DNA of 64,000 nt from Trueperaceae bacterium (GCA_965215565.1 CBDCDZ010000004.1:736001-800000); one strand, 5' to 3'; numbered from the stretch's first letter, positions 1-11,908 are shown. Translations and numbers: made by a program. The notes: a model not told the origin generated them from the letters alone.

Positions 1-472
1 ACGTCATCTTTGATTCGACGTAGATAGCGACGCGCCCGCGCCCTTCGGTTTTAGCGCGGTAAAGGGCTTCGTCGGCAGCGCGCAAGAGGTCAGGGATACT
101 CTTAGCGTGCGGCGGGCGGCTAGCGATGCCGACGGAGAGGTGGACCTTGCGCGGGATTTGCGGGTTCGGGGTGCGGCTCGAGAAGTGCGTGCGGACCTCC
201 TCGAGCAAAATCAGCGTGTTCTCAGCGGGCAACCCCGGCAGCGCCACCGCGTACTCGTCACCGCCTAAGCGTGCGAGGAGCGCGTCAGCGGGCAAGCTGC
301 CCTGCAACACCCCCTCCAAATGACGTAGCACCGCGTCGCCCGTCTCGCGTCCGTAATCGTCGTTAATTTCAGCAAAGTGGTCAAGGTCCGTCATTGCGAG
401 ACTTATCAGCATGTCTTCCGGAAGTTCGTTAATCGCAGCTTCAAAGTCGGGACGGGTACGTAGCTCGAGCAT
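1..472 (-). CDS. GGDEF-domain protein (diguanylate cyclase-like); 3' end runs off the window
   Basis: Manual translation MLELRTRPDFEAAINELPEDMLISLAMTDLDHFAEINDDYGRETGDAVL...ARLGGDEYAV...AADEALYRAKTEGRGRV; AGGAG RBS at 481-485. Absent from the ORF track because it has no stop in the window. Confidence 0.85.
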   Translation of the reverse strand, partial: MLELRTRPDFEAAINELPEDMLISLAMTDLDHFAEINDDYGRETGDAVLRHLEGVLQGSLPADALLARLGGDEYAVALPGLPAENTLILLEEVRTHFSSRTPNPQIPRKVHLSVGIASRPPHAKSIPDLLRAADEALYRAKTEGRGRVAIYVESKMT

Positions 473-685
473 CGTCACACCTCCTATAGTTTTATATTGA
501 TATATATATGTTGCGAGCAATACGTAAAGACATGAAAAAGGTCACACTCGAGGTGGATAAATTCATAGCTTGCGGATAGATGTTGCGTCATCTCGAGTGG
601 GGTTTCTCAACGGAGGCTACTAGCTTTCAACCAAAAAGCGCCCTAGCGCGTTGTTTGAATAGGTATTTGAGTACATAGTAGAAGC

Positions 686-2173
686 ATGGATGGAAAAATT
701 CTAGTTACGGGGGCAACAGGTTATATCGGCGGGCGGCTCGTCCCGCGACTTTTAGAAGACGGACGCGACGTGCGCTGCTTGGTGCGCGACGCGGAGCGTT
801 TCAAGGTGCGCTCGTACCATACAGAGGTCGAAGTCGTCGAGGGCGACGTGTTGGAACCCGAGAGCTTAGAGGGCACCTTCGACGGCGTCCACACCGCCTA
901 CTACCTCATCCACTCGATGGGCGCGTCCGAGCGCGGCTTCGAAAACCGCGACCGCACGGCGGCGGAGAACTTCGCGCAGGCGGCGAAGAAGGCGGGCGTA
1001 AAGCACATCATCTACCTGGGCGGTCTCGGCTCGGACGACAAGGGAATGTCGAAACACCTTCACTCGCGCCAGGAGACCGGACGCGCGTTAGCCACGGCGG
1101 GCGTTCCCGTCACCGAGTTTCGCGCCGCCATCATCGTCGGCTCGGGCAGCATCTCCTTCGAGATGATTCGCTACCTGACGGAACGGTTGCCCATCATGGT
1201 GACGCCTAAGTGGGTGGACACGAAGGTGCAGCCCATCGCCATCCGCGATGTGCTCTCCTACCTGCAGAGCGCGCCCGAGCACACGGCTGAAGGTCATCAG
1301 ATTGTCGAAATCGGCGGACCGGAAGTTTTGACCTACAAGGACATGCTCTTTACCTACGCCGAGGTGCGCGGGCTCAAGCGCACGATGTTTTCGACGCCGG
1401 TGCTGAGCCCCAAGCTCTCGTCATACTGGATCAACGTCGTCACGCCGATTCCCGCCTCGATTGCGCGCCCGCTCGTCGAAGGTCTGACGAGCGAGGTCAT
1501 CGTTGACAATCCCGAGCCCGCCAAGGCGTACAAACTCCGCCCTATCTCGTACGAAACCGCCGTCAAACTCGCGCTCAACCGCGCCAGCCAAGGTGCCGTC
1601 GAAACGCTCTGGAGCGGCTCGCTCTCCTCGGTGCCGCGCGGCACGCCGAGTCAAGAGAAGCTCAAGGACGCCGAGGGGATGCTCTCGGACAGGCGCTCGA
1701 GGCACTTCGACGTGAGCAAAGAGAACGCCTTCGAAGCCATCGTCAACATCGGCGGCGAAGAGGGCTGGTACACCTTCGACTGGCTCTGGCAGATTCGCGG
1801 TGTGTTGGATAGGCTCTGGGGCGGCGTCGGGATGCGGCGCGGCAGACGCGACCCGCACAACCTCTTGCCCGGCGACGCTCTGGACTTTTGGCGCGTCGAG
1901 AGCGTCGAGGACAACGACCACTTACAGCTCCGCGCCGAGATGAAGGTGCCGGGGCGGGCGTGGCTACGCTTCGACGTGCGCGAGGACGACGACGGCAAAA
2001 CCGAGATTCAGCAAACCGCCTACTTCGAGCCGAAGGGACTCTTCGGATTCCTCTACTGGTACGCGATGTACCCCGCGCACCTCTTCATCTTCCCCTCGAT
2101 GATCAACGCGATCGGCGAACGCGCGAAGGAGTTCGAGAAGGGAACCTCGAGCGCCTCGCCCGAACCTGCTTGA
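686..2173 (+). CDS. NAD(P)-binding SDR/epimerase with C-terminal DUF2867-like domain (YbjT-like)
   Basis: GATGYIGG Rossmann motif; C-terminal LDFWRVE/LRAEMKVPGRAWL/FEPKGLFGFLYWY signature. Confidence 0.85.
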   Translation: MDGKILVTGATGYIGGRLVPRLLEDGRDVRCLVRDAERFKVRSYHTEVEVVEGDVLEPESLEGTFDGVHTAYYLIHSMGASERGFENRDRTAAENFAQAAKKAGVKHIIYLGGLGSDDKGMSKHLHSRQETGRALATAGVPVTEFRAAIIVGSGSISFEMIRYLTERLPIMVTPKWVDTKVQPIAIRDVLSYLQSAPEHTAEGHQIVEIGGPEVLTYKDMLFTYAEVRGLKRTMFSTPVLSPKLSSYWINVVTPIPASIARPLVEGLTSEVIVDNPEPAKAYKLRPISYETAVKLALNRASQGAVETLWSGSLSSVPRGTPSQEKLKDAEGMLSDRRSRHFDVSKENAFEAIVNIGGEEGWYTFDWLWQIRGVLDRLWGGVGMRRGRRDPHNLLPGDALDFWRVESVEDNDHLQLRAEMKVPGRAWLRFDVREDDDGKTEIQQTAYFEPKGLFGFLYWYAMYPAHLFIFPSMINAIGERAKEFEKGTSSASPEPA

Positions 2174-2208
2174 GTTTTTTGAATTCGTAAGAACGGCCTT
2201 GAGCGGGC

Positions 2209-3156
2209 TCAAACCACCCGCTCTAATTCGCGTTTAGCCAGCGTTCGGAGTGCCTCTTTCGCTGACGAGGTTGGGAACATGCTCAGCGCCTCTACAGCTT
2301 TGTTGGTCTCGAGCACGATCCGCTCTTTAGCCTGCTTATCCGCGCCATGCTCCCTTATCAGCGTTTGTACCCGCGCTACATCACCCTCATGACTTGCGTG
2401 GCGGCGTAAAATCGTGCGGACCTCATCGACACTAGCTTGTAAAAGAGTCAATACCGCGTAGGTCGCCTTGCCCTCTCGCAAATCACCACCCACAGGCTTA
2501 CCTAGCGTTGCCGCGTCGCCCAAGAGGTCCAAGTAATCGTCGCGCATCTGGAAGGCGTAGCCGTAAGCAATTCCAAAGTCTCTAAGCGCCCGCTGCTCCT
2601 CCTCGCTTACGTCGCTCAGCATCGCCACGCCTTCTAGCGCCGCCGCGAAGAGCACCGCCGTCTTCCCTTCAATGATGGCAAAATAGTTCTCCAAGGAATA
2701 CGTCTCCAACGTCGCCATCTGGAACTGCAACACCTCCGCCTCGCAGATGCGCGCGGCGGTCTCCGACATGAGCGCGGTGAATTCGGAGCTTTGTGAACGC
2801 GCTAAGAGCCCTAAGACCCTGGCCAACATGAAGTCGCCCGACATCACGCTCACCACGTTGCCGTAGCGCCGAAACGCCGCCTCGTGGCCGCGCCGCGTGT
2901 CGGCGTCGTCGATGAGGTCATCGTGGAGGAGCGAGGCGGAGTGCAGCAACTCAGTGGCGAGCGCGACGCGCATGGTGGCGTCCGCGTCGGTGTGGAGCAG
3001 CTTGCCCGCCAAAAACGCGAGGCTCGGTCTGAGCCGTTTGCCGCCCGCGCTCACTAAGTCTTCGCCGATGGCTTCGATGAACGCCACCGAGGAGCGCAGT
3101 TCGGCGGCGAGCTGCGTTTCGAATTGGTTGAGGTTGTCTTGGATGAGGTCGAACAC
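2209..3156 (-). CDS. Polyprenyl diphosphate synthase
   Basis: GGKRLRP, LHDDLIDDADTRRG (first Asp-rich motif), KTA, FQMRDDYLD (second Asp-rich motif), GKPVGGDLREGK. Confidence 0.92.
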   Translation of the reverse strand: MFDLIQDNLNQFETQLAAELRSSVAFIEAIGEDLVSAGGKRLRPSLAFLAGKLLHTDADATMRVALATELLHSASLLHDDLIDDADTRRGHEAAFRRYGNVVSVMSGDFMLARVLGLLARSQSSEFTALMSETAARICEAEVLQFQMATLETYSLENYFAIIEGKTAVLFAAALEGVAMLSDVSEEEQRALRDFGIAYGYAFQMRDDYLDLLGDAATLGKPVGGDLREGKATYAVLTLLQASVDEVRTILRRHASHEGDVARVQTLIREHGADKQAKERIVLETNKAVEALSMFPTSSAKEALRTLAKRELERVV

Positions 3157-3254
3157 AATAAGGTCTAGTATACGTGCTAAGCAAGTAGTATCTGGTCATC
3201 GACCTCGCCCGCGAAGATGTTGACTTAAAAGAGGCAAAGGCTAGAGGTATGGGA

Positions 3255-3281
3255 AACCCCCTCGAGTGGCTCGAGGGGGTT
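3255..3281. terminator. Hairpin, probable terminator of the Ig-domain lipoprotein gene
   Basis: Perfect 12-bp stem AACCCCCTCGAG-TGG-CTCGAGGGGGTT about 25 nt past the stop at 3306. Confidence 0.6.
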
Positions 3282-3305
3282 CACAATCAGACTGTTTTTA
3301 TAAGT

Positions 3306-5096
3306 TTAGAAGTCGTTCTTCGTCACACCAACTGCGGGACCAATATTGGAGTGATGTACACCTGTTTCCAAGTCTTGGAAAACTGCTTCAACTTCCCAAA
3401 CGCCGATATCTGTGTCACCAAACGACCTGCTAAGGGTCAGCGACTGCCGCGCAGGATCGAGCGTTCCCTTAACAAAGCGTACAACATTATTGTTGAATCT
3501 AACGATGAGCAGGTACTTCACAGGGTTAGTAATACCGCTTGTGTCGATGACCCAGGTTGCACTCTCTGGTGTGACTTCGCGCTCTACATTTTCGTCCGTA
3601 ATCACTCCGAAGCCAGGAGGACTACTCAGTGGGTCAAGAGCTTCCTCTAACTGGCTATAATCGGCGCTTCTATCAACGATGACGTTGAACTCTCTGATGT
3701 TACGCTTGCTTTCATCGCTTTTGTCAATACCGACGACGCGCAGCTTCCACTCGTCGCTATCGAAGACGTAGGGGGAGCCATCGAGGGCAATTGTACCTGT
3801 TGAGAAGAGGTCGTACTCACCTTCTCTGTTGTAGAAAAGCAGCTTATTTTCAGGCTTGCCGTTCTCACCGCAGCTATCACAAACCATGCGCACTTCAACC
3901 GCTTCGATATTTTCCGTCTGGTCTGTGACGCGCCCGGAGACGTTGATGACGTCGCCGACGCGGGCGGTTGCGCCAGCTTCTGGTGGAGAAGGTGTGAAGA
4001 CGAGCAGGGCGGGCGGCAGGGCGCTATTGATTGCGCCGTTTACAGCGTTGCTGCGGCTCACACTCACTTCGACGCCGTTGACGACAACCGTACCTTCAAC
4101 TTTGATGATATAGCTATCCGTGGGGATGTCGCCGAGGTCGAATGAGGCTCTGCCGATGAAGTCGACGTTGTCTTGAGGCTCGTCCGCCGCGCTGCCTGTG
4201 CCATTCGCTGTGAGATAGTCTCTCGCAACGAGTTCGCCTCGGTAATCATAGATGTAGACCCACAGCTTGCGGCCGTTCTCGAGCTGCCAAGTGTAGTCTT
4301 CACCGCCCGAAATCACTTCAGCCACGACGTCAAAGGTTGCGCCGATTTCGTTGCCTTCGCTGGGCGAGACAATCGTCAGTGTAGGCGGAATGCCACTATT
4401 AAGCACGTTAATCGAGAGGCCTTCTTCGCCGATTCTGCCTACCGCGTCGTACGCTCTCGCGCTGAGCGTGACCGGACCGTCGTCACGTCCCACGTCTAAA
4501 TCTTCGGTGTTCCAAGCGTAGCTGTAAGGCGCTTCGGTGTCGGTAGCGAGGAGTTGGTTGCCTGCATAGAATTCGACGCGGGTCACGCCTTTGTCATCGT
4601 TCGCAGCAACCGCTAAGTCAACGACGCCGCTGTAGTTGTCGTCGTTCGTGGGCGAAATCCACTCGACGGTGGGGTTCTCCTCGTCGGGGCTGTCGGGGTC
4701 AGAGGGTTTCGTGACCGTGACCGTCATCGGCTCAGTGCGCGCCGTTTGACCGAAGCCGTTCTTAGCTTCAGCCACAAAGGTGTTCGCGCCTAGCGTCGTC
4801 GAGGCGTCCCAGTCATAGGTGAGCGTGACTGCGCCGAGCGAGAGGCTTCCGTCTTCGTCTCTTTCGCCGTTCGCCGTCGAGATGACTCTGTCGTTCAGCG
4901 ACAGCGTGATGCTGGCGATACCGCTCTCCTCATCGGACGCAACCACGACAACTTGCGTGCTCTGCGGACTCACCGTGTTGCTGCTCGGGCTCATAAACGC
5001 CACTTTCGGGGCGGAGCCGTCGAAGAGCAAGTTACACCCCGCGAGTAGAGCGCTCAGCCCCAGCGCGAGCAGTAACCCAACCTTAAACCTCTTCAT
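3306..5096 (-). CDS. Lipoprotein with bacterial Ig-like domains
   Basis: MKRFKVGLLLALGLSALLAGC lipobox after a GGAGGA RBS (start 5096, not 5174); Ig-like motifs VEFYAGNQLLATDTEAPYSYAWNT and ARAYDAVG. Confidence 0.8.
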   Translation of the reverse strand: MKRFKVGLLLALGLSALLAGCNLLFDGSAPKVAFMSPSSNTVSPQSTQVVVVASDEESGIASITLSLNDRVISTANGERDEDGSLSLGAVTLTYDWDASTTLGANTFVAEAKNGFGQTARTEPMTVTVTKPSDPDSPDEENPTVEWISPTNDDNYSGVVDLAVAANDDKGVTRVEFYAGNQLLATDTEAPYSYAWNTEDLDVGRDDGPVTLSARAYDAVGRIGEEGLSINVLNSGIPPTLTIVSPSEGNEIGATFDVVAEVISGGEDYTWQLENGRKLWVYIYDYRGELVARDYLTANGTGSAADEPQDNVDFIGRASFDLGDIPTDSYIIKVEGTVVVNGVEVSVSRSNAVNGAINSALPPALLVFTPSPPEAGATARVGDVINVSGRVTDQTENIEAVEVRMVCDSCGENGKPENKLLFYNREGEYDLFSTGTIALDGSPYVFDSDEWKLRVVGIDKSDESKRNIREFNVIVDRSADYSQLEEALDPLSSPPGFGVITDENVEREVTPESATWVIDTSGITNPVKYLLIVRFNNNVVRFVKGTLDPARQSLTLSRSFGDTDIGVWEVEAVFQDLETGVHHSNIGPAVGVTKNDF

Positions 5097-5202
5097 GTAT
5101 TCCTCCTTAGAATCATGCTCAAAACAGGTCTCAGGATAGGCAAAAAACCGCGCCCAACCTGCTAAAAAGCCCACAGGCAGGGTGAGGGATTTTTGACGTT
5201 TA

Positions 5203-5281
5203 CAGCAGGTAACATCTGGTCACGAACGCCCTCAGTAGGCAAATCGGCACTGGGAACTCACATTTATAGATGTTACCTGCG
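5203..5281. repeat. Stand-alone core of MITE family A (inverted-repeat element)
   Basis: GCAGGTAACATCT...AGATGTTACCTGC 13-bp inverted repeat, matching the internal IR of family A copies. Confidence 0.65.
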
Positions 5282-5438
5282 ACCCTTCATCTCAGTGCAA
5301 GGACCTCCGCAAACACATTATGAGATTTATAGCAGCTCGGCGCACCCGAAATGAATTTTAGACGCCGATTGCGAACATACACACCACCTTGTGACGCATC
5401 AAGACGCCATTTTCACGCTTTTGCGCTAAGGTAATCGT

Positions 5439-6632
5439 ATGCGCACCATCGACCAAACCGTGAACGTTACCTTTCGCTATCCCGTCCTTTTCACCGAAGG
5501 TCTCTTGACCCCCAACAACCCACTTTTGGCTGACACACTCGCTCCTCGAGAGGTCAAGCGCGTGCTCTTCGTGGTGGACGAAGGCGTCGCCGAGTACCAT
5601 CCGGGGCTCATAGGCGATATCGGGCGCTACTGTGAAGCGTGGGAGAGGCTCGAGCTAGTCGCCTCTCCCCTGCTCGTCCAGGGCGGCGAAAGGACCAAAA
5701 ACAACCCCGCCAACGTCGAAGCGGTGCAGCGCGCCGTTCACGAACACGGCATCGACCGCCACGCTTACGTCGTCGTCATCGGCGGCGGCGCGGTCATCGA
5801 CATGGTGGGCTACGCCGCCGCCACCTCTCATAGAGGCGTGCGCCTCGTGCGCGTGCCGACTACCGTGCTCTCACAAAACGACTCGGCGGTGGGTGTTAAG
5901 AACAGCGTGAACGCTTTTGGTAAAAAGAACTTCTTAGGCACGTTCGCGCCACCTTTCGCTGTATTCAACGACCCGCACTTCCTGACGACACTGGAGAGGC
6001 GCGACTGGCTGGGCGGCGTCTCTGAAGCGGTCAAGGTGGCGCTCCTTAAAGACCAGAGGTTCTTCAAATTTTTAGAGCAGAACGCTGAGGCGTTAGTCAG
6101 CCGCGATATGAAGGCGATGAACTACGCCGTCTACCGCTGCGCCGAGCTGCATCTTCACCACATCGCCACCTCCGGCGACCCCTTCGAGTTCGGCTCGTCG
6201 CGCCCGCTGGACTTCGGGCACTGGGCGGCGCACAAGTTGGAGGCGATGACGGACTATAGGCTCAGGCACGGCGAAGCCGTCGCCATAGGTATCGCTTTGG
6301 ATTCGACGTACGCTTATCTTAAAGGAATGCTCTCAAAGACGAGCTGGCAGCGCGTCATGACCCTCTTCAGTTGCCTCGACCTCGCCACCTACACGCCTGA
6401 GCTTAGCGATACAGCGACTATCGTCGGCGGCTTGAACGAGTTTCGGGAGCACCTGGGCGGACGCCTCACCATCATGTTGTTAGAAGGTATCGGTCAGGGT
6501 GTAGAAGTTCACAAGATGAACACAGAAACTATCACACAAAGTATCAACCTCTTGCGTGAACACGCACCGAAAGAGACGCGAACGGGAGCGGAGAAAGGAA
6601 CGACGTGGAAACAGCCGACACTTGCCCACTGA
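5439..6632 (+). CDS. eboD: 3-dehydroquinate synthase-like sugar-phosphate cyclase (EboD)
   Basis: [47 protein letters not shown]; ebo gene context. Confidence 0.85.
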   Translation: MRTIDQTVNVTFRYPVLFTEGLLTPNNPLLADTLAPREVKRVLFVVDEGVAEYHPGLIGDIGRYCEAWERLELVASPLLVQGGERTKNNPANVEAVQRAVHEHGIDRHAYVVVIGGGAVIDMVGYAAATSHRGVRLVRVPTTVLSQNDSAVGVKNSVNAFGKKNFLGTFAPPFAVFNDPHFLTTLERRDWLGGVSEAVKVALLKDQRFFKFLEQNAEALVSRDMKAMNYAVYRCAELHLHHIATSGDPFEFGSSRPLDFGHWAAHKLEAMTDYRLRHGEAVAIGIALDSTYAYLKGMLSKTSWQRVMTLFSCLDLATYTPELSDTATIVGGLNEFREHLGGRLTIMLLEGIGQGVEVHKMNTETITQSINLLREHAPKETRTGAEKGTTWKQPTLAH

Positions 6633-6955
6633 GCCAACAGAAACTCATCGACGAGTTCTTCATCGAGCACCGCACCAAAGTTTTAGACATCGCCGGCTTT
6701 TTAGACCGCATGGACCGCAGCGTAGACAAAAATGGCGAGGACGACTTTAGACTCCTCGCCTTTCGCGACGCGCTCACCATCCTCTCTGAAAACGAAGTCG
6801 GACGCGCCGAGCGGGTGCAGATGGCGCTCAGCGACCTCAATACGGAACTCCTAGAAGAGCGCGACCAGCAAGCGGCGTTCGGAGCCTCTAAAAGGGAACC
6901 CAGAAGAGAACAAGGAGACCAGGGAGAACGAGGAGTGCACCGTGAAATATATTGA
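6605..6955 (+). CDS. Small helical hypothetical protein within the ebo cluster
   Basis: GTG start after AAAGGA; overlaps both neighbours; 116 aa with [18 protein letters not shown] motif. Confidence 0.7.
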   Translation: METADTCPLSQQKLIDEFFIEHRTKVLDIAGFLDRMDRSVDKNGEDDFRLLAFRDALTILSENEVGRAERVQMALSDLNTELLEERDQQAAFGASKREPRREQGDQGERGVHREIY

Positions 6956-7799
6956 CCTGCACGCCCATATGGTGTCGCGCACCACCGACGACTATCAGAA
7001 GATGGCGATGACGGGCTGCGTCGCCTTGACCGAGCCTGCGTTCTGGGCGGGTTACGACCGCCGCAGCGCGGACGTCTTCGCGGACTACTTCGAGCATCTG
7101 ACCGTGTTCGAGCCGAGTCGCGCCGCACAGTACGGCATTCAGCACTACACCTGGCTCTGCTTGAACCCGAAAGAGGGCGAAGATAGAGACCTCACCAAAG
7201 AGGTCCTAAACATCATCCCCGAGTTCTTAGACCGCCCAAACGTCTTAGGCATCGGCGAAATCGGGCTCAACCGCGTGACGCGCAACGAGCTTGCGTCGTT
7301 CAAAGACCACGTCGAACTCGCCTTGGAGCACGACCAGCTCATCCACATCCACACGCCGCACTTAGAGGACAAATACAAAGGCACAAAGGTCATCGTGGAG
7401 ACGCTCGCGGCAGACTCGCGCATTGAGCCGGGGCGCGTGATGGTGGACCACGCCGAGGAGCACACGCTCGGGATGATTTTGGACAACGGCTTCTGGACGG
7501 GCATGACGCTCTATCCAAAGACGAAAGCGTCGCCGGGGCGAGCCATTGACATGCTCGAGATGCACGGCTCCGAGCGCCTTTGCGTCGCGTCCGCCTGCGA
7601 CTGGGGCGAGAGCGACCCCCTCGCGGTGCCGCAGTTCGTCTTGGAAATGCGCCGCCGGGGGCACAGCGAAGCCTTGATTGACAAAATCGTCATGGAGAAC
7701 CCCGCGTCGTTCTTGGGGCAGTCACCTAAGTTCAAGCTGACTAGTCCAGCAACCGTTATGAAAGAGGAAACGCCGCTCGTCACCCATGCGCCTGAATAA
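6942..7799 (+). CDS. eboB: TatD-family metallohydrolase (EboB)
   Basis: DLHAH, GIGEIGL, HIHTPH, DH, SACDWG motifs; ebo context. Confidence 0.85.
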   Translation: MKYIDLHAHMVSRTTDDYQKMAMTGCVALTEPAFWAGYDRRSADVFADYFEHLTVFEPSRAAQYGIQHYTWLCLNPKEGEDRDLTKEVLNIIPEFLDRPNVLGIGEIGLNRVTRNELASFKDHVELALEHDQLIHIHTPHLEDKYKGTKVIVETLAADSRIEPGRVMVDHAEEHTLGMILDNGFWTGMTLYPKTKASPGRAIDMLEMHGSERLCVASACDWGESDPLAVPQFVLEMRRRGHSEALIDKIVMENPASFLGQSPKFKLTSPATVMKEETPLVTHAPE

Positions 7800-8979
7800 G
7801 CAACATTTTACCTACTGCACGAACATTCACCCGAGCCGAGGTTTACGGGAGGTCAGGGCGAGTTTAGAGCGCTACGCTGCCCCGCTCAGGGCAGAATTCG
7901 CGCCGAATCAACCTTTTGGCATCGGGCTGAGGTTGTCGGGGCAAGAGAGCTGTGAAGTTTTAGAGGATGACAACTTAGCGCACTTCAAGACCTTTTTGGA
8001 CGAGCGCGGGCTCTACGTCTTTACCATCAACGGCTTTCCTTACGGACCCTTTCACGGGCAAGCCGTAAAAGAAAACGTTCACGCCCCCGACTGGCATGAT
8101 GAGGAGCGCGTGCGCTACACCTTGCGGCTCGTGCAGATTTTGGAACACCTCTTGCCTAGCGGCGTGACGGGCGGCATTTCGACGAGTCCGCTCTCTTACA
8201 AAGCGTGGGTGGACGGCAGTACCGAGACGTGGAAGACGCTGACGGACAACGTCGTGCGCGTGGCGGAAGCGCTTTACCGCGTCAAAGAGCGTGACAGGGT
8301 GATTCATTTAGACCTCGAGCCTGAGCCCGACGGACTCTTAGAAAACAGCGAAGAGGTCGTGCGCTTCTACCAGGACTGGCTTTTGGACTACGGCGCGAAG
8401 CGGTTGGCAGCGCGGTTGAATATCACCGAGGACGAGGCTCGAGAGGTTCTCCTGGCGCACATTCAAATCTGCTTCGACACTTGCCACGTCGCGCTAGCCT
8501 ACGAGGAACCTGGAGACGTTTTGCAGCGTTTTGAAGAGGTTGGCATCAAAGTAGGCAAGATTCAGATCAGTTCGGCGCTCAAGGTAGATTTACCTCGAGA
8601 TAAAGGTGAGCGCGAAGAGGTGGCGAACAACCTGCGCGCCTTTGTTGAATCCACCTACCTACACCAAGTTTTACAAAAGAACGAAGACGGCACGCTGACG
8701 CAGTACCCGGACCTGCCCGATGCACTCCCGCACATCCAAGATACTCGAGCAACCGAGTGGCGCGTCCACTTTCACGTGCCTATCTTTACGGCGCACTTCG
8801 GCGCGCTGAGTTCGACGCAGGAGGGGATTGTGAAGACGCTCGAGCTGCTCAAAGAAGAGCCGTTCACAGAGCATCTGGAAATTGAGACTTACACATGGGA
8901 TGTGCTGCCCGAAACCCTGAAAGTCAACCTCTTAGAATCCATCGAACGTGAATACAGGTGGGCGCTCAGTGTCCTCTAA
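7786..8979 (+). CDS. eboE: Metabolite traffic protein EboE (xylose isomerase-like TIM barrel)
   Basis: [51 protein letters not shown]. Confidence 0.92.
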   Translation: MRLNKQHFTYCTNIHPSRGLREVRASLERYAAPLRAEFAPNQPFGIGLRLSGQESCEVLEDDNLAHFKTFLDERGLYVFTINGFPYGPFHGQAVKENVHAPDWHDEERVRYTLRLVQILEHLLPSGVTGGISTSPLSYKAWVDGSTETWKTLTDNVVRVAEALYRVKERDRVIHLDLEPEPDGLLENSEEVVRFYQDWLLDYGAKRLAARLNITEDEAREVLLAHIQICFDTCHVALAYEEPGDVLQRFEEVGIKVGKIQISSALKVDLPRDKGEREEVANNLRAFVESTYLHQVLQKNEDGTLTQYPDLPDALPHIQDTRATEWRVHFHVPIFTAHFGALSSTQEGIVKTLELLKEEPFTEHLEIETYTWDVLPETLKVNLLESIEREYRWALSVL

Positions 8980-9850
8980 GCCAGGGTCTTCTAACGCCAC
9001 ACCGAATACTTGGGGAACGTTCGAAGATCACTTGGCTCTCGCGCGTGTCTCGAACAGCCCCACGGTTGTCAGCAACGTTCTGGCGGGCGCGGCATTAGCA
9101 GGTGGCTTGAATCAACCGGGTACGGTGCTCTTACTCGCGGTGGCGCTCGTCCTCTTTTACACGGCGGGCATGGTCCTCAACGACCTCTTCGACTACGAGC
9201 ACGATGTAAAGATGCAACCCGGCAGACCTCTTGCGGCGGGGCGCGTGTCTAAAGACGTTGCGCTCACCGTCACGGTGGCGCTTTTCGGTATAGGAAGTTT
9301 TCTGCTCGCTTTTGCAGGTCCAGCAACGTTGTTGAGCGGCATCATTCTTATCGGTTTAATCGTCCTCTACGACGCCTGGCACAAGACAAACCCGTTCAGC
9401 CCGCTGCTGATGGCGAGCACGCGGGTGATGGTCTACGTCACGGCGTTTCTAGCCTTTTCTTTACAGGTTTCAGCGTCGCTCATCCTCTGGTCTCTTTTAC
9501 TGGCGCTCTACATCATCGGCTTAACCTACCTCGCCAAGATGGAGTCGCGTCCCGGCTTCGCGCGCTACTGGCCCGCGCTGGCGCTCGTTTTACCCGCCGT
9601 TTACGCCGCGCTATACGTCAACATATGGGGGCTACTCCTCTTGCTGCTCTTTATCAGTTGGGTGAGCTTTTGCCTCTATCTCGTGTACGTCAAACGCAGC
9701 TTCGGCGCGGCGATCGGTTCGCTCATCGCGGGCGTGTCGCTGCTAGATGCGCTCGTGCTAGCCGTAACGGGTTCTACGGTAGGCGTTATCCTCGCGCTGC
9801 TCGCGTTCGGTTTGACGCTATTTTTTCAGCGGTATATCAAAGGAACATAG
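8948..9850 (+). CDS. eboC: UbiA-family prenyltransferase (EboC); start may be 8969
   Basis: [28 protein letters not shown]...RPL, YDAWHK; multiple TM helices. Confidence 0.85.
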   Translation: MNTGGRSVSSKPGSSNATPNTWGTFEDHLALARVSNSPTVVSNVLAGAALAGGLNQPGTVLLLAVALVLFYTAGMVLNDLFDYEHDVKMQPGRPLAAGRVSKDVALTVTVALFGIGSFLLAFAGPATLLSGIILIGLIVLYDAWHKTNPFSPLLMASTRVMVYVTAFLAFSLQVSASLILWSLLLALYIIGLTYLAKMESRPGFARYWPALALVLPAVYAALYVNIWGLLLLLLFISWVSFCLYLVYVKRSFGAAIGSLIAGVSLLDALVLAVTGSTVGVILALLAFGLTLFFQRYIKGT

Positions 9851-10480
9851 ATGAGCCACGTCGTTCTACTTGGCGATTCGATTTTCGATAACGCCGGATA
9901 CGTGCCCGATGAGCGCTCCGTTATCGAGCAGATGCGGAGTCATCTACCCCCGGATTGGCAAGCCACGCTTCTCGCCGTGGATGGCGATGTGACTGAAGAT
10001 GTCCTGAGGCAAACCCGGCGTTTACCGGGTAGTGCAACACATCTCGCCCTGAGTTGCGGCGGCAACGACGCAATTCGCAGAAGCGGCATTTTGAAAGAGA
10101 AAATCGACTCCGTCGCGGAGGGGTTTGAAGTTGCGGCTTACTTAAGGCGTGAGTTTAGGACGAACTACCGCAAAACGCTCGAGCACCTTCTGAGCTTCGA
10201 AAAATCCCTCGCCGTCTGCACGGTTTACGACGCAGTACCTGGGCTTAGCGAGGCTGAGAAGAGTGCGTTAGCACTGTTCAACGAAGTCATTCTCAAAGAA
10301 GCGTTTGCCGAAAAACTGCCCGTAGTTGATCTGCGCCTTATCTGTGACGACGCAGAAGACTATTCAGCGCTTTCACCCATCGAACCTTCAGCGATTGGCG
10401 GCGACAAGATAACTCAGGTTATTGCAGACCTTTTGTATACTCACAACTTTAGCGCCCGGCGCAGCGTAATTTATTCGTAA
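9851..10480 (+). CDS. SGNH/GDSL hydrolase
   Basis: LLGDSIFDN, GGNDA, C-terminal PIEPS. Confidence 0.85.
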   Translation: MSHVVLLGDSIFDNAGYVPDERSVIEQMRSHLPPDWQATLLAVDGDVTEDVLRQTRRLPGSATHLALSCGGNDAIRRSGILKEKIDSVAEGFEVAAYLRREFRTNYRKTLEHLLSFEKSLAVCTVYDAVPGLSEAEKSALALFNEVILKEAFAEKLPVVDLRLICDDAEDYSALSPIEPSAIGGDKITQVIADLLYTHNFSARRSVIYS

Positions 10481-10513
10481 AAGCAGCGAAGACACCCTCG
10501 AGATTGGAGCCTC

Positions 10514-11908
10514 ATGAACCGAACCGCCGTCATCAACGTCGTCGGGCTCACCCCCGAACTCATCGGTGAGCACACGCCTAAACTCAAAGCCTTTGTGGAG
10601 CGCGGCTCGCTCGCGCACGTCAAAGAGGCGCTGCCCGCTGTAACGTGCACGGCTCTAGCAACGTATACAACGGGGAAAACGCCCTGCGAACACGGTATCG
10701 TCGGCAACGGCTGGTACGCCCGCGACGCCTGCGAGGTCAAGTTCTGGCACCGCTCGGACGGGATGGTGCAAGCGCCGAAGCTGTGGGAAATCGCAAAAGC
10801 GCAAGACCCAAACTTCACCTGCGCGAACCTCTTCTGGCGCTACGCGACCTACTCATCGGCGGACTATACAGTCATCGAGCGCCCGATGTACCCCGCCGAC
10901 GGGCGCAAGATTCCTGATATTTACACTTGGCCGCACGAGCTTCGCCCCGCCTTGCAGAGCGACTTGGGGCAGTTTCCCCTGTTCAATTTCTGGGGACCGA
11001 ACTCGGCGGTGGTCTCGAGCCAGTGGATTGCGGACGCCGCCAAGTGGATTGAAGAGAAGTACAGCCCGACTCTCTCGTTCGTCTATCTGCCGCACCTCGA
11101 TTACGGCTTGCAGCGGTACGGTCCTGACTTAACGAAGGTCTCGCAAGACCTACGCGAGATTGACGACGTGGCGGGCGACCTTACCGAGTTTTTCGAAGCT
11201 AGGGGTGTTCAGGTCATCCTCGTCTCCGAGTACGGCATCGACCACGCCGACAGATCCGTTCACCTCAACCGCGTGTTCCGCGAGAAAGGCTTGATTCAGG
11301 TGCGCGAGGAGTTGGGGCTAGAGCACCTTAACTACGGCATGAGTGCGGCGTTCGCTGTTGCCGACCATCAGATTGCGCACGTGTACGTGCAAGATAGAAG
11401 TCGTTTGAATGAGGTGCGAGGGATTTTAGAGTCCACGGATGGAATAGCAGAAGTTTTAGACGAGGCGGGCAAAAGGCGCTATAACCTGGACCATCCGCGC
11501 TCCGGTGACTTCGTCGTACTGGCTGAGCGGGACGCTTGGTTCACCTACTACTACTGGCTAGACGACCACAAAGCGCCCGACTTCGCCCGCACCGTTGCGA
11601 TTCACGATAAGCCCGGTTATGACCCGGCAGAACTCTTCGTCAATCCAGTGTTCAAGAACCCTAAACTCAAAGTGGGTAGCGTACTGCTCAAGAAGAAGCT
11701 GGGCTTTCGCTACATGATGGACGTGATCGGACTAGACGCGACGCTCGTGAAAGGGTCACATGGGTTGCGGAGCACAACGCCCGCGAAGCAGCCTCTCTTC
11801 GTGACGCAGCAGCCTTTAGAGCGAACCTCGGTCGAGGCTACGGATGTGTTTGGGCTTGTCCTGCGGCATCTCGGGGTTGAGACGGAAGAAAGCGCGCCAA
11901 TTTTATAG
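10514..11908 (+). CDS. eboF: Alkaline phosphatase-superfamily nucleotide pyrophosphatase/phosphodiesterase (EboF)
   Basis: PAVTC, HGIVGNGWY, YLPHLDY, SEYGI, DHQIAH, KPGYDPAE, KGSHG. Confidence 0.88.
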   Translation: MNRTAVINVVGLTPELIGEHTPKLKAFVERGSLAHVKEALPAVTCTALATYTTGKTPCEHGIVGNGWYARDACEVKFWHRSDGMVQAPKLWEIAKAQDPNFTCANLFWRYATYSSADYTVIERPMYPADGRKIPDIYTWPHELRPALQSDLGQFPLFNFWGPNSAVVSSQWIADAAKWIEEKYSPTLSFVYLPHLDYGLQRYGPDLTKVSQDLREIDDVAGDLTEFFEARGVQVILVSEYGIDHADRSVHLNRVFREKGLIQVREELGLEHLNYGMSAAFAVADHQIAHVYVQDRSRLNEVRGILESTDGIAEVLDEAGKRRYNLDHPRSGDFVVLAERDAWFTYYYWLDDHKAPDFARTVAIHDKPGYDPAELFVNPVFKNPKLKVGSVLLKKKLGFRYMMDVIGLDATLVKGSHGLRSTTPAKQPLFVTQQPLERTSVEATDVFGLVLRHLGVETEESAPIL